NCBI GenBank assembly: GCA_012026655.1
Contig: JAAILG010000118.1
Location: forward strand, 62,001 to 126,000
DNA length: 64,000 bases
Direction of reading: 5' to 3'
DNA from: Hydrolagus affinis
Lineage: Eukaryota
Under the pieces are notes generated by a model. That model searched no databases, had not been told where the DNA came from, and saw only the letters and a program-made list of their open reading frames with translations. The position numbers were made by a program, and so were the translations under genes. Positions 24,316-37,450 of this stretch are shown piece by piece (position 1 is the stretch's first letter; every line of letters begins with the position of its first letter).

Positions 24316-26039
24316 TCATGAATCACAATATCGTATTATATTGATTCAGCCCAGCTTAAAATACACAACAATACACAATACACAACAATACACAACATTC
24401 TTGCTGACCTTCATGGTTGTTTGTTGGACATGACCATGTATAAATTGTTTCACTACACGTGACAGTAAATGTTGTGAAGCACTTTGATATATTCTCCCAA
24501 TGTGAAAGGCGCAAAGCATGCAAGGGCTTTTATATATTGAAGAAATACTTCCATTTATTATTTGGATATTTTACTCTTCTATCTTGGAGTTGGCTGTAAA
24601 ACACAAGACACATGTGGATACTGTGCTGGCTTACAGGCAGAAAGTTTTGGACGTTTTCAGCAAAAAAGAAACCAATAAGAGTTGCACACTCATGCACACT
24701 CAGATACTTTTGAAGAGTCTGCCCACTGGTCTGCAGCTGCTTGGCAGTTTTAAAAAGGAGACAAATCTACTGTAGGCACAAAATATTGGCCACCAAATGT
24801 AGAGTCAATTCACTTTATAGTTTATTCTGTTAAGTGCTTTGAGACAGCTCAAAGACGTGATGAGGTGCTATACTAAATCAAGGATTATTATTATTATTAT
24901 TAAAAAAAACATTTTAGAATGGCAAGATTGTGCAAAATCTGTATAGCCCATACAGATCCTTCAATAATTAGCAACAAAGTTGAAACAGAAATAGTTCCAA
25001 CATGGTTCCAACATTTGGCATTGCACTGGTTGCCATGCGTGTGTCTTGGTTAACTGCAATTATGACGTTCATCTCACATTGTTGTAGCACAAAGACTGCT
25101 TTGCACCAATGTTGGCTGCACACTGTAACCACCCCTTGAGGTCTATACTTCCCGAAAAACAGCTGCATCTGAACTTGTTCCATTTATATTGCTCTACGAT
25201 CAGAAACAGACAAACCTCTGGTCATTCCGCCATTTTCTCCTGCACCGTCTTTAAGTTTCTCTCATACATTTTCTATGTACAGATGTGTGAGAAAATACAG
25301 GAAGAAGAGTATGGAAATGATCAAATCTTTTGATCTTGAGTAGTAATACAACATCTATAACTCATTTTGCATGTCATTCGATTTCTCGGAGCTTTGGTTT
25401 CTCTTTGATTTTTCTGTACTTTGATTTTTCACCTGAAAGTTTCTCTTCCCTTTGATTCTCACTTTCGCCTTTTGCTTTACCTCATCTTTGTTTTCTACTT
25501 TCTCTGTTTTTCGCTCCTCTCCCTTTGGTTCTCTTCGAAGCACAAGCTCGGCCTTAGAGCAGCTTTTTTTAAAAAATGATTTTTTGAGAAAATAGCTGCA
25601 ATGTTCTGACTTTTTTTGCAGCTTGTTGCGGTTTTACATTGTATCAGCCTGGCTCAGTTGGTAGTGCTCTAATTTCTGAGCTAGAATATTGATGCTCCAG
25701 GTTAAATTGGTCATTGACTTTGTGCCTGTTTGTGGGATATTGCTGTGCACAATTGGGCTACCACATTCACCAACAAATACACAGTAAATTCTTTTTAACA
25801 TCTTCCCGATATGAAAGTGCCTATAGCGAGGATAAATATTATTACAATTACATTCACACACATAGGTACTGTCCTGTCTGGGGATACTGTCTCTTACAAA
25901 TGAATATATGAATTCCTATGGAAATTCCTCAAGACATGATATCCAACTGAACCAATTTTCCAAACCCCTCAATATTGAAGAATTATTAACACCATTATGT
26001 CGCCACAATGAAGTATCCAATATCTGTCACCAACAATAA

Positions 26040-26400
26040 TAATGCAAATTTGGTCAGGTGATTGTCTCAAAGCCCTTCACGGAATTTGCTGTGAAGCGCA
26101 GTGACTGTCTTTGTCTGCGATTGTGGTAACTAATTTATAGGGAACCACAAACAAGTGAATGACTGATTTTATCTGGGATTGTTGGACTGCACATCGAGAG
26201 AAACTCCTTTTACTTTTCGAATAGTATCAACTTTGTGGAAAACCTCACCTGAAGGTCAGCGCCTCCAACAATGTAGCTCTCCTGCACCTCTGCATGAGTG
26301 TGCCAGCCTAGACTGTGAGAGTTCAGTTTCAATATGATATTTGAACCCACATCCTTCTGACTCAGAGGTGAGAGTACCACCAGCTGAGCTAGGCTGACAC
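26040..26400 (-). mobile_element. Deu-SINE-like element, degenerate
   Basis: Reverse complement begins GTCAGCCTAGCTCAGCTGGTGGTACTCTCACCTCTGAGTCAGAAGGATGTGGGTTCAAAT. Confidence 0.75.
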
Positions 26401-28719
26401 CTGCATTTCTGAATTTGTAAAGCTTGGTTATACAGTTTCACTTCTGATCAATTATATTTTATAAAGTGCATCAAGCTATTTGTTTGGCACGGAAGGCACT
26501 ATGTAAATACAAGTTATTATTTGTATTACAAAGAAAGCTGGCTTGCTTTATCATGAAACCATTCATGCAAACTCTCACTATCCTCCAAGTTGAAACAGAA
26601 CAGTATTAACAGCAGCAAACTACAGCTCCACATGGCTAAGGGAGGGGGGGTCTCAGGAACCTAATACAGACACGAGTGGACAAAATAAAATGGTTTTTTT
26701 TACAAGTAAAAAAGTTCATATATTGTTTAACATCAATACAAGGCAGGATATTTGAACTTCACGGGTTGGAATGTACTTCTGAGAAGGTTTTATTCGAAAG
26801 CTCAGCAAAGTTCATACTTGCTGGTTATATTTCTAGTTATGCAGCTATTATTACACCATGATACCTAACCCTATTCTTTGGCACAGATGCAGACAATTAC
26901 ATTTTGGTGGGGTTCCTTTGACTACGAAAGTCTCTGAGTGTCTGTCTGAGCCTCACAACTGTTCCGCATTACTGCACCTATTACTGACTCACACAATCAA
27001 AATGCAGAGCCTGCTCCAGCATTGAAATTATTTATATTACCAATGCTTCATAATGTGATCTGACTCTTGCAAATGTGTGAAGTATAGGGCAACACTATTA
27101 GACAACCTACCCCCCGAACATTTGTTTGGAGCGCAGATGAATCCTTGTACTTTTTTTAAAAAAAACATCAGTTTGTCATCGATGTCACTCTCTGCTCGTT
27201 GTGCGTATATGCGTTGTGTGCAAGGAAGTTGCTGATATGATGGCCGTGGGTGAAGCACATGCATGCTACCTGCAGGAAATATCCCTGATATCATTCTTTG
27301 TGCTGCACACACCTCTAAAAGCACATGATGAAGAAAGTGACTGCAGCTGAACGTTTTGCACCTAGCTGTGTGCGCAGGCCTCATAAAGTGACCTCAATGG
27401 TAACTGAACAATCTGGAAGACAGCTATTTTCCACAGTTCCTTATAACACAGGGCTTGAGAGCTTGGACACAGATGATCATGTTATAATGGGATTTTGCTG
27501 CCGCAGCCTGTTGCCACATGCAAATAAATAAAAAGTATTAACTCTACTCCACCAATGGTTTATGTTCTCCAGAATCATACTGAAATATTTTGGGGAAAAA
27601 ATAATTACCAGAAGTCTGGATTTGCACTCAAATCTTCCACTTTCAAAGTTCATCATAGATTTATTGTATTTTGCATTTGGTAATCTTGATTATTTTGACA
27701 CTTTCCATCAAATTTTGGAAGACTTGTAATAAAGTATTTTTTACCCCTTTTATGCTGTAATGGATATGTCCTTGCCAAAGTCAACAGGGAAGCATATTTG
27801 GTTTATCATTTTTCTTTTTTGCTGATTCCTTTAAGTAGTATTCCTTTAATCTGACAAGTCTGTTTATACTTGGTCTTACATATAGGCTCATATTACTGCA
27901 CTCGGGTTGCTCCCGTGGGATGTCAGGCACTTATTACTCATCAGCTCAAAGTTAAAGGAACGTTTTCTTGTAGGAGGAGAATTCAGCAATGATATCTTTA
28001 TTGAAACAGGGAAATCATATTATAGCTCAGAAATTTTGACCCACTGTAGAAATCTAAGTGAAATGTGCTCACTGGCAATGCAAGATGCAATGCAGTTGAA
28101 AACCAATACCAAAGCACAACATTGCACTGTGTGGAGTCAGATACTCCATTTATTTACTTTGATTATACAGAGCAGATAGAAGCAATTCTCAGAGGATGGT
28201 GGCAATATATACAATATATTGTAACATGGAAGATGTATAGACCAAATACTACTTGAATTTTTGAGGTTTCACTTATTTTTCTGGCCTCCAAGATCTAATT
28301 CACTTCCTGTTGCCAACTAAAGATTGACATTGCAATTTAGCTGTGCAGACTTTAAACTTTCAAACCATTTAAGACCTTAGAAAGCTTATGAACTCAAAAA
28401 TGTTGCTTTTCTGACCAAGCTGTTTACAAACCCATTCCCCACATGGCCTGTATAATACAGTTTACAATAAATTTGGTGAAGTGCTTTGAGACTTCCTCAT
28501 TTGAAATATAGTACAGCATATTCAAATCCAAGAATTATAATTATCTTGCATTGCATTAAATGAACTGTCCATTTGTTTGTTTTTAGTAACCTGTTGATAT
28601 AGTATTTGAAAAACTGTATGTTTTGAACGTATAAGAAAATGTTGTAAAAGTCCAAGTAGGAGATGCTTTCAGCAGAAATAAAATATTCTATCAATAATAA
28701 TATAAGTTGTGTTCAAATC

Positions 28720-29092
28720 TACTCACTCTCTGGCACCTCCCTACCTCTTGGACCACCTCACTGCCCAATTCACCACCCTGTACCCCCACTCGACTGTCAC
28801 CAGCCTCCTGCTCATCCGTCGCATCTTCCTCCCCATTCCCGGAGGTCATACTTTCAACCACTATGCCCCAAAGGTTTGGTAAACTCTCCCTCAATCCCTC
28901 CACCTTGCCCACTCTCTCCCTCTTTACAAGTCCCCCCTGAAAACCTTCCTCTTCAACCGTGCTTATGGCCACCTCCCACCCCCACCCCTGGCTTAGAGTC
29001 AGGCTCCGCCACTGTTAAGTATTCTTAGATGTGAAACGCTAAATGGCCTGGAAGGCACTATAATAGTGCAAGTTGTTGATATTGTTGTTGTT
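28720..29092 (+). mobile_element. L2 LINE 3' fragment
   Basis: CACTCTCTGGCACCTCCCTACCTC...TTTACAAGTCCCCCTGAAAACCTTCCTCTTCAACCGTGC. Tail GGCACTATAATAGTGCAAGTTGTTG...TTGTTGTTG. Confidence 0.8.
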
Positions 29093-31204
29093 CCAACAAT
29101 TCTTCCATTTGATATAATACCTTGTCACATCTTAGAGATGTCCAAAAGCATTTCACAGAATATAGTATAAAATGAATTGACTGCATGCCATCAATAGAAA
29201 GGAGTAGAAAAAGCAAGGTATCTGCTACCAGTAGAAAATCTCTGAGGTTAATTCATTTCCTGTTGCCTAAGAACTCTACTGTTTTTAGATCTATGCTTCG
29301 ATCTGTCAATACTAAAATGGTGTGTCGGAAACCACCTGAATTCAGTCTTTTGGTTGGGAGTAAGTGGTTTGCACAAGTCCTCAGCAGGGACTTGGGCTAA
29401 ATTTGAGCCAAAAATGTTAGCACTATCTATCCTGGCATTACTTTCAGAATTTCTGCTTCCAAAATCTAGTGTGATTGTTCCCGGCTGGCAATGTGTGCTT
29501 CGGTCTTGAAACCCTTGATGGACTATACTTAGCAGGGAATTCCGTATCCCAACTCTTACTGGAAAAAAAATCCTCCCAAATTTACCTCTCATTAGAATAA
29601 CCAGGTTAATAAGAACAACAACAAAATACAACAACAACAACAAAATTATGTTTATAGAGCGCCTTTCACATCGGGAGGAATAATGTTGTATTACAGCACT
29701 TGTTTGACTTTTTAAAAATGTTTTGGCCTTGTTCCTTTCATTTTTATTGTTCAAGATTTCATTAAAAGTCACATCAGGGTATACAGTCAATTTACTTTAC
29801 TGTATATTCTGTGAAGAAATGATAAAACGCGATATCAAATGCAAAGATTATTATTCTTATCACCAACTTGAGACAAAATAATTGAAAATGTTTTATACTA
29901 AGTGGATTATAGTATGTTTGATAAAGATTCTAGGAACTGCTGTTTTTAAAAAGCTTTTCTGGTTGCAATCTACTTATGGAGCCTTAACTTTAACTGTATA
30001 GTGGAGCTCCTTCCAAGCATTCATATCTTGTCACAGGCAGCCAAGGGCAGTGGACATCTGCAAACAGTCTTTTGCATTGCTGTTTAGATAAGGAATGAAA
30101 AGAAAATCCAACATGTCTGAAAAACAAACATTGGTGAAACAGACACCAAAGACAAGCTTGTTGCCGAGACTGCTAATAATCCCTAGAAATGTCCGAATGT
30201 ATACTGTTTAATTAAAATTCTACAACTATTTAATTTTGTGAAGAAAACCATTAGGATTCTAAATATGTCCCTGTGATTGTTGCCCTATGTATATCTTGCT
30301 GTTATATATGCTCAGTCATTAAACATAAGTAGAAACTATGTCACATTAAGTTAAAGTAAATACACAACTGATGTCTTTTAGTGAAAATCACACTTTGATA
30401 CTTCAAATTCTTCTGATAAATCTGAGTGGCCTCATACCCTTCATTTTGTAAAGAGGAGTATTATTCTTAAAAGTAAAGCCTTTACTCCTACATTTCTTTG
30501 GCTATCCAAGGTGAGAGATGTTTGCCCTCTGACCCTTGAATCAAGTGCCCAATCTTTAAGGATGGCAACTGCGTGGGGTTGTCTCTTGACATGACCCAGC
30601 TGGTAGACAAGAGGTACCCGATCTATGCCTGCCAGAGTATGATGAATTGTAAGCTACTGAGCCTTCCACTCAGTGAAGTTATTGTAAGGTAGCGACAGAC
30701 GCGGTGAGAGCACTCACAACTCATTACTCAGTGGCAGCAGCGGGAGCCCCAAGAGGGGATCATTTATTAATTGCTTTAGTCTGTTTGACAAGGTCAAATC
30801 CATTCCTATAATGATGTATCTCATCTGTTATAGTAAAGAAGAAATGTTTTCTTTCACTTGTAAGTGCTATAAGAGACCATCCATCTCTGTAAATTCTGTG
30901 GAGGAATCAAGCTACATCTGTTTGGGAAAGGCTGTTTAAAGGGCAACTGATGGCCAGGTTGATATATATATATTTTGTGAGCTGCATTCTGCACTTCTTT
31001 AGATTAAATTGAAGATGGCTTCATCTAACTCCAATCACATTTTTGCATGGGAGTTGGGGTTGGGGTGTAAATCATGGCAAATCTGTACTGACTGAAACTG
31101 TTACTGTATGCAATTGTACATTTTTTGTCAATATTGTTTCTAGGATCATTGTAACAGCGTAACAAACCTCAGAAGGTGTTAAAAAATACCAATTGTTTTC
31201 CATA

Positions 31205-31395
31205 AAGCTGAGCCCCTGGGTTCAATCCCAGTAGCACTTGAGGCCTGCAACTAAACTCAGCTCACTGATGCTGGAATGGGGGTGGGGAATGAGCAGCCTG
31301 TGTTCACTCCTGATCGCTATTTAGTGACTCCTGCTGGGAGCTCTACTGTGTGAACATTGGGCGAGACTCAGCTGTTATGCTCCCACCCCCAACAA
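31205..31395 (+). mobile_element. ancient tRNA-SINE-like repeat fragment (related copy probably at ~53230-53520, minus strand)
   Basis: B-box-like GGGTTCAATCCC followed by CTCCTGATCGCTATTTAGTGACTCCTGCTGG, a block recalled from shark interspersed repeats. Confidence 0.5.
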
Positions 31396-31734
31396 TCAAC
31401 ACTTCCTGTTCTGCTTCACACACATTGTCTGAGATATTGAATGGTAGGGGGCCATAGTACCATAACTTAATATGAGAGAGCAGCTTGAGAGGAGCAAAGA
31501 AAACTTGAAGGGGTGAGCAAAATAAAAAACTTGTGAGAATCTACTATAATTATTTCCATCTCTTCTATCTAATATTACTGCGACCAATAATATATTCTTG
31601 TATTTGGTATAGTGTCTTATGTCATTGAGATGTTTCAAAGTGTTTCACAGAATAATTAATAATAGTCCTTTAGATGTAAGGATCACAAACTTCATCGAGT
31701 CTTTAAAAAGCCTCTCCCTCCCAACATGCCTCAG

Positions 31735-31852
31735 TTCTGATCATGGGTCAGTTCATTTCGGGTCATGGACCCGAAATGTCGATTCACTTTCTTTTCTCCG
31801 TAGATGCTGCCTGACCTGTTGAGTGTTCCCAGCAATTTCTGTTTTTGTTTCA
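31735..31852 (+). mobile_element. Penelope-like element terminal remnant with degenerate minimal hammerhead motif
   Basis: CTGATCA...GGGTCatgGACCC-GAAA-TGTC followed by ...AGATGCTGCCTGACCTGTTGAGTGTTCCCAGCAATTTCTGTTTTTGTTTCA, recalled as the common chondrichthyan PLE end. Confidence 0.65.
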
Positions 31853-31854
31853 TG

Positions 31855-32650
31855 GTAATCGTTGCATTTGATAAAGTGCTTTTCACATCTTCAAGACTTC
31901 TCAAAGCTCTTCACAGAATATACTGTAAAGTGAATTCACTGTATGTTTGTGGGAAAAACGCGGCAGCCAATTGCACACAGCAGTGTCCCACAACAACAAC
32001 AACTTCGATTTGTATAGCGCCCTCCATTCCGGACGGAGTCTCAGAGCGCTTCACAATAGCGGATCCCGGGACTGAGCCAGGGGCAGGGGTACAAAGGTGA
32101 CCAAAAGGCGTGGTCAAAGAGAAAGGCTTCAGCTGGGAACTGAAACTGGGAAAGAGGGGGTGAGGTGAAGGGAGTGAGGAAGGGAATTCCAAAGCCTCAG
32201 GGCATAGTGGCTGAAGGCACGGCCGCCGAGGGTGGAGCGGAGGATTTGGGGGACATGCAGGAGGCCAGACCTGGTGGAGCGAAGGCAACGGGTGCTGGTT
32301 TGAGGAGAGAGGAGGTCAGAGAGGTAGGGGGTTGCAGAGGAGTGGAGGGATTTGAAAACAAGGGTGAGGATCTTGAAATCGATCCTCTCGGGGACAGGGA
32401 GCCAGTGGAGGCTGGCAACAACTGGGGTAATGGGAGAGCGAAGTTTGGTGCGGATGAGAATGCGGGCGGCAAAGTTCTGAATCAGCTGGACTCTGTGGAT
32501 TGTGGAGGAGGGGAGATCGGCGAGGAGGGCATTGGAATAGTCCAGCCGAGAGGTAACAAAGGCGTGGACCAGGGACACTCATGGATTGAGTGGCCAAATA
32601 ATTTTTATTAGGCGTGTGCTGGACAAGGTTTCACCCTATCCTGGGAATCA
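31855..32650 (-). mobile_element. tRNA-derived SINE interrupted by an L2 insertion (SINE parts ~31855-31992 and ~32577-32650)
   Basis: SINE tail up to CAGTGTCCCACAA, resuming after the L2 as CATGGATTGAGTGGCCAAA...TTATTAGGCGTGTG...CAAGGTTTCACCCT. Confidence 0.8.
31991..32578 (-). mobile_element. L2 LINE ORF2 3' fragment, relatively young
   Basis: Uninterrupted ORF 32129-32578 LVHAFVTSRLDYSNALLADLP...LHWLPVPERIDFKILTLVFKSLH...GGRAFSHYALRLWNSLP. CpG retained, (CAA)n tail. Confidence 0.95.
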
Positions 32651-32689
32651 ATGTTTACTGAGAGGTGTAGTAGATGTTTGACTATGTAT

Positions 32690-32930
32690 TTCTGGGTGAA
32701 AGGAGAGCTAGCTTGTGCACAGCAATGTCCGACAAACATCCATGAAGTGAGTGAACATTTTTTTTGGTGAGGCTATTTTCAAATAGTGTCCTGGGATCTT
32801 TAACATCTATCTGAACTTGTAAATAAGACCTCACATTAAAGTTTTATCTGAAGGATACAGCCTTTTAACAATGCAGTGCATCGCTAACACTGCATTGGAT
32901 TGCCAGCCCAGATAATGTGCTCGATTATAA
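32690..32930 (-). mobile_element. Deu-SINE-like central fragment
   Basis: TTTTCAAATAGTGTCCTGGGATCTTTAACATC...ATCTGAAGGATACAGCC...GCCAGCCCAGATAATGTGCTC. Confidence 0.6.
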
Positions 32931-34769
32931 AAGATCTCTAAATAAACAGTGTATTCATAGAAACAATCTTAAATAAAATAACATTACACTTGGAAGATGT
33001 CCAAATGGTTTTAAAGTAGTTTGTCTCAGTTCCAAACAATGGCTATTTTGAGTTGCTGGAATCCTGACCATGTTGTTTACATTTATAAATTGATGATGAT
33101 ACTCCTTGCATTTGATATAGCACCTTTAAGGACAGTAGGATGTATGAAAGCGCTGCACAGGATTTACTGTACACTGACTTTTTTGCAGGCGAACATGATG
33201 AAAACATATCTGTGGTCAAGTGTTTGCGCTATGATTTCTGTTACCCATTTAAAAAGTGACCATATATCATAATCAAACCAGTAGAAACCATTGACCAAAT
33301 ACTGTAGCGGTCAGATATTTCAGAAATAGCCGTGGATCACTGCACAACATTGAGGTTAACGTTCAGGCTGAGTAGGCAATAGAAATCTTACTACTGCTGC
33401 CTTATTTTAAAGACTGTCATGAGGAATTGCAATGCCATAGGACATGAGGAACTGTTTCTGGGCTCTGCAGTTAAAGGAAAATTTAATCATTTATAGACTA
33501 AGAAACTAATCACACCTCCAGAGAGAGGATGACGTGTTTATTTTGGACATTATTCCAATATCACTTTTCAGACATGAAAATAAAATTGAATATGATAAAC
33601 TAAGTTTCACTGCCTTAAAAATGAAAAAATAAAAGGGAGTCATTCATATTTGACCCTCTTGTAGATTCATTACCATTGCCCCGTTCAAAACTGAGGCGCA
33701 GCTCACTTCCAGCTCAACTTGGTATAACTTCTGTTGAGCTGTGGATGTGAAGCACGAAACTGCTTGCAATTCAACAACAACTTGCATTATAAAGAGCCCT
33801 TCACATCTATCGGCATCTTGGAGCACTTAAAATTCAGCACTCGGATTACATATGTACTTTCACTCAGATAAATCATAACATTGCTTGGTTTAGGAAATGG
33901 ACAGGTGTAGCAGGTGTTGTTAGCAATACACAGGGATATTAATGATTGATTCATATTTAGGCTGAAATTCTGTAATGTTCAGTAATGTCATACATTAATA
34001 GGATTTCCCATTACATAACCAACCTCACCAAGAGGCACGATGTGTGATTCTGGCCAGAACTTTAGGCTGTGAAGGCTTTACCCTGCATCATCTAGTATCA
34101 TTTTTACCCCAAAGTGTTCATTGCTGAAAATGAGCACTCAAATAGGGGGAATTGCTTTGTTCCCCATTGATGGAATTCTGTACCTCTGCCTCCATGTCGG
34201 CAAATAAAGTGTAAAATGCCTTTTCATGATCTGAAGCATCTTTTATTCTTGAACCAAATGATCACGTTGTCCACTGTTGTGTTCAGTTCCAGTCGGTTTG
34301 CTTTTCAGTATGGCATCAACCCAGTTCTCATTGCTGTGGGAAAATCTCGAAAGTTCACCAACAAAGCCTCACAAAGAACCACACCACAACGTAAAATGTA
34401 AAACTAATGTACACACTATGTACTCTACTGAAAGCTGAGTTTCATTTTCAATGGCTTCCAAGAAAGATTCTCCCTAGTTTGACTCGATCACTACTATTTC
34501 GATTCCATGTAGGAACAGGGAATAAAAAGCCATTAAAAAATATATATTGTTTTGTGTTGCTAGGTATCATCCTATGAAATTGGATGAGCTGTTACCTTGT
34601 CATTGATTTTGCCAATATTGATGAATATTGCTATCAAGTTGAATTGTAAATTTAAGCAAATATCAGTATTTTATTTTAAAATTGGTATATTTGTCATATC
34701 GCTATTACATTATAATGTATGACAGGATCTTTCATGCTTTTTTGCTTTACATTAAAGGTGAGTAGATTA

Positions 34770-35080
34770 GTGGATCTCCTGTAGCTCATTGGTTAGAGCA
34801 CTTGCCATACACGTGTGAGACCTGTGTTTGAAACCTTGGGCAAGTTTCCTTACTCCACATGCCGAATATTAATCCGTCCAAAAAAAAATAATAATAAAAA
34901 TTGGTCATTTCCAATCCACAACTGTTTGTGGGACATTGCTGTGCACAATTGGCTACTGCATTTTGCCCACAAATATACAGTCAATTCACTTTACATGCAC
35001 TTTATTCTGTAAAACGCTTTGAGACATCGATAAGACGTGAAAAGCACTATTTCAAACGCAAGGTTTATTATTATTATTAT
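34770..35080 (+). mobile_element. tRNA-derived SINE, near full length
   Basis: CTCCTGTAGCTCATTGGTTAGAGCAC head, family core and (TTA)n tail. Confidence 0.9.
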
Positions 35081-36279
35081 GATCTGTTAGACTACTATTT
35101 ATGTGTATCATTGCAAAGTGGGAAACATTGCTGAAATGGATGGAATGATGAAGAAAGGTCAAGCAGTTAACAGCTGATATTACTGGAGTTAGTTCCCATG
35201 TATGGCTTTTGCAAACCACTGTGATTAATCTAGTCAGCACTTGAGCAAAATGCTTTGTTCTGAAGCTGGTGAGCACAGTCATTTCTATATTCAGATCTCT
35301 ACAAATTGAAATGTCAGAGGAGATAAAAGCAGGGGCATACGTAAAGCCCAATTATTTTCTCAGTTTATATCCATTTTAATTTCAATTGCAGTTCTACAGG
35401 CGGATGCTGAACACAGTCATATAAAAAAGGGTTTAAAAAAAACTTAAAGTGAATTTCCTTACAATTACTAAGTGTGGACTTGAAGCAAGACAGAACCTTG
35501 CAGCACTGAAAATCATTGCCTGAGCTCAGGTAGTACATTTGCTGCTTACCAGGTAAATACTCATTGGTTTGGACCCCAGTCACATGTTGGCTTCAAACAC
35601 AGCTGTCCAGAAGTAATCTAGCCTTGATGTCATTTCAAACACTGCTACATGGGCACAAAGCTTGCTACATGGTGCTATTTCATATGATTGATTTTGATGG
35701 AATCATAGACAAGGAGTACAACTTAAGAACATGTAAAATCCAAGCATTTCTTACAATCTATCTTTCTCTTAGACTCTGGTATTGTGTAAACAGTATGTTT
35801 AAGCATGTCTAAGCATTCAGAACTGCGGGCTTTTACTGTTAGTAACTGTTTTACTGTAAAGTGAGGAATTTTACTTGATAGCTTTGACCATATGTTGACT
35901 GTTTTATTATATCAGACAGTTCCAAGTATCAATCAATTAACTTTGGCATCTAATTATTGTTAAAAAAAAGATTTTTTTCATTTGACTAGCAAACCAATAG
36001 ACTCTAGAAGATATATCGCACAGCTGATCATAAGGACATGTGTTATGGAGTTTGTATTAAACTTTGAGATTAAAGTGTCTGTGTGGAAATTGGTTAATCG
36101 CATTTCTTCCAGTCTGATGTTGACGAACTGTGTTGTTCAAGATCTTCCTACGCTTGGAATGTATTGAGACTATTGTTATTCAGATCATATAACTAGTGAA
36201 CTGTTATCTTTGCTGTCAGATCAAAGTCTTCTAACAACAAAACCAACATTAACTTGCACTTATATAAGATGAAGTGCTG

Positions 36280-37450
36280 CACAAAAATGATGAGAAGAGA
36301 ATTTAAAGATGATGACTGAAGACACAGTAATTGCAATTGATTACAAGATGGTGGGAGGGAGGGAGGAAGAGCAATAGACAAGAATTGTAAAAACAGCGAG
36401 TCTGGGGAGAATGGGGCTGAAGCAGATTGCATTAGGTGGAAAAGGAAAGACCAGAAACAGGTTTGAAGATCAGGTCAAGGATTTTAAAGGTAATCTGCTG
36501 GGGTACTGAAAGCCAATGGTGCCTGTTTACAATGGTTGTAAGGTCTGAAACACCGACTGTCCAGCCGCTTGGGACGGCCTCCCCATGTGAAAGGCATTAT
36601 ACAGATGTAATGTTGTTGTTGTCATAGTGTATGAGAGGATTTGGGCTGCAATTTTGAATGAGCTGGAGCTTGTGGGAAGTGTATCTTAGCAGGCAGACTG
36701 GGGAGGAGAGCATTAGAGAAAGAGAAAATTGAGGTAATAAGGTCTTTACATCAGAGGGTGGAGATGGGAGTGCAGGTGGGCGATGTCCGAGAGATTAAAA
36801 CAAGTGGTTTGGCCCTGAATCAAATGGGGCATTTGAGGCTGAGCTGATGGTCAAGCAGAAGGCCAAGTTTGCACACTAGCTCAGCAAACTTGAAAAAACA
36901 GTTAGGGACATTGATAGAATCTAAATAAGATGCACGAAGACATGAGTGAGAGCTGAACGAGACAGTTCATGTTTTGTTGATTTTCAGATGAAAGAACTTA
37001 AGAGTCACCCAGGACTTGATGTCTGACAGGTGATCAATTAGAACAGCAAATAACCCTGGAATTAAAGGTACAACCACAGAAGTAGGGCTGGTTGTCAGTG
37101 GCACACACATGGAAAATATACCAAAGTCTACAGATGTCTACGAGGGGAAATAGAAGAGAACCAAGGATAGAGAAAATATACTGAAGACATTAGGACAGAA
37201 AAGAGTGGAAACATGAGAATGCAATGCCACAGAGGAGAAATTATGAAAGAAAATGCAGCAATCGTTCATGTCAAAGGCAACACAGGTCAAAAAGGACAGC
37301 AAGCCCCAGTTACTGACAAATAGGATGTCATCAGTGACTTTAACCAGTGCAGCCTCAGTATTGTGGGCAGATCAAAGGCAAAGCTGGATTACCTTGAGCA
37401 GGGAATGGGAATGGTCGGAACAGGCCTGGGAGATGGTGATGTATTCCAGT
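36280..37450 (-). mobile_element. old L2 LINE remnant just 3' of ALX1, with a plus-strand L2 tail nested at ~36545-36625
   Basis: Purine-rich plus strand with AGGATTTTAAAG...AGCCAATG (reverse of HWL...FKIL) and GGAGAGCATTAGAG (SNAL). The nested tail ends GTAATGTTGTTGTTG. Confidence 0.65.

Noticed and set aside
29248-29790. 180-aa minus-strand ORF
   Set aside because: No recognisable domain. It starts at a non-ATG codon within a SINE tail and crosses a (CAA)n L2 tail, so it is probably a chance ORF.
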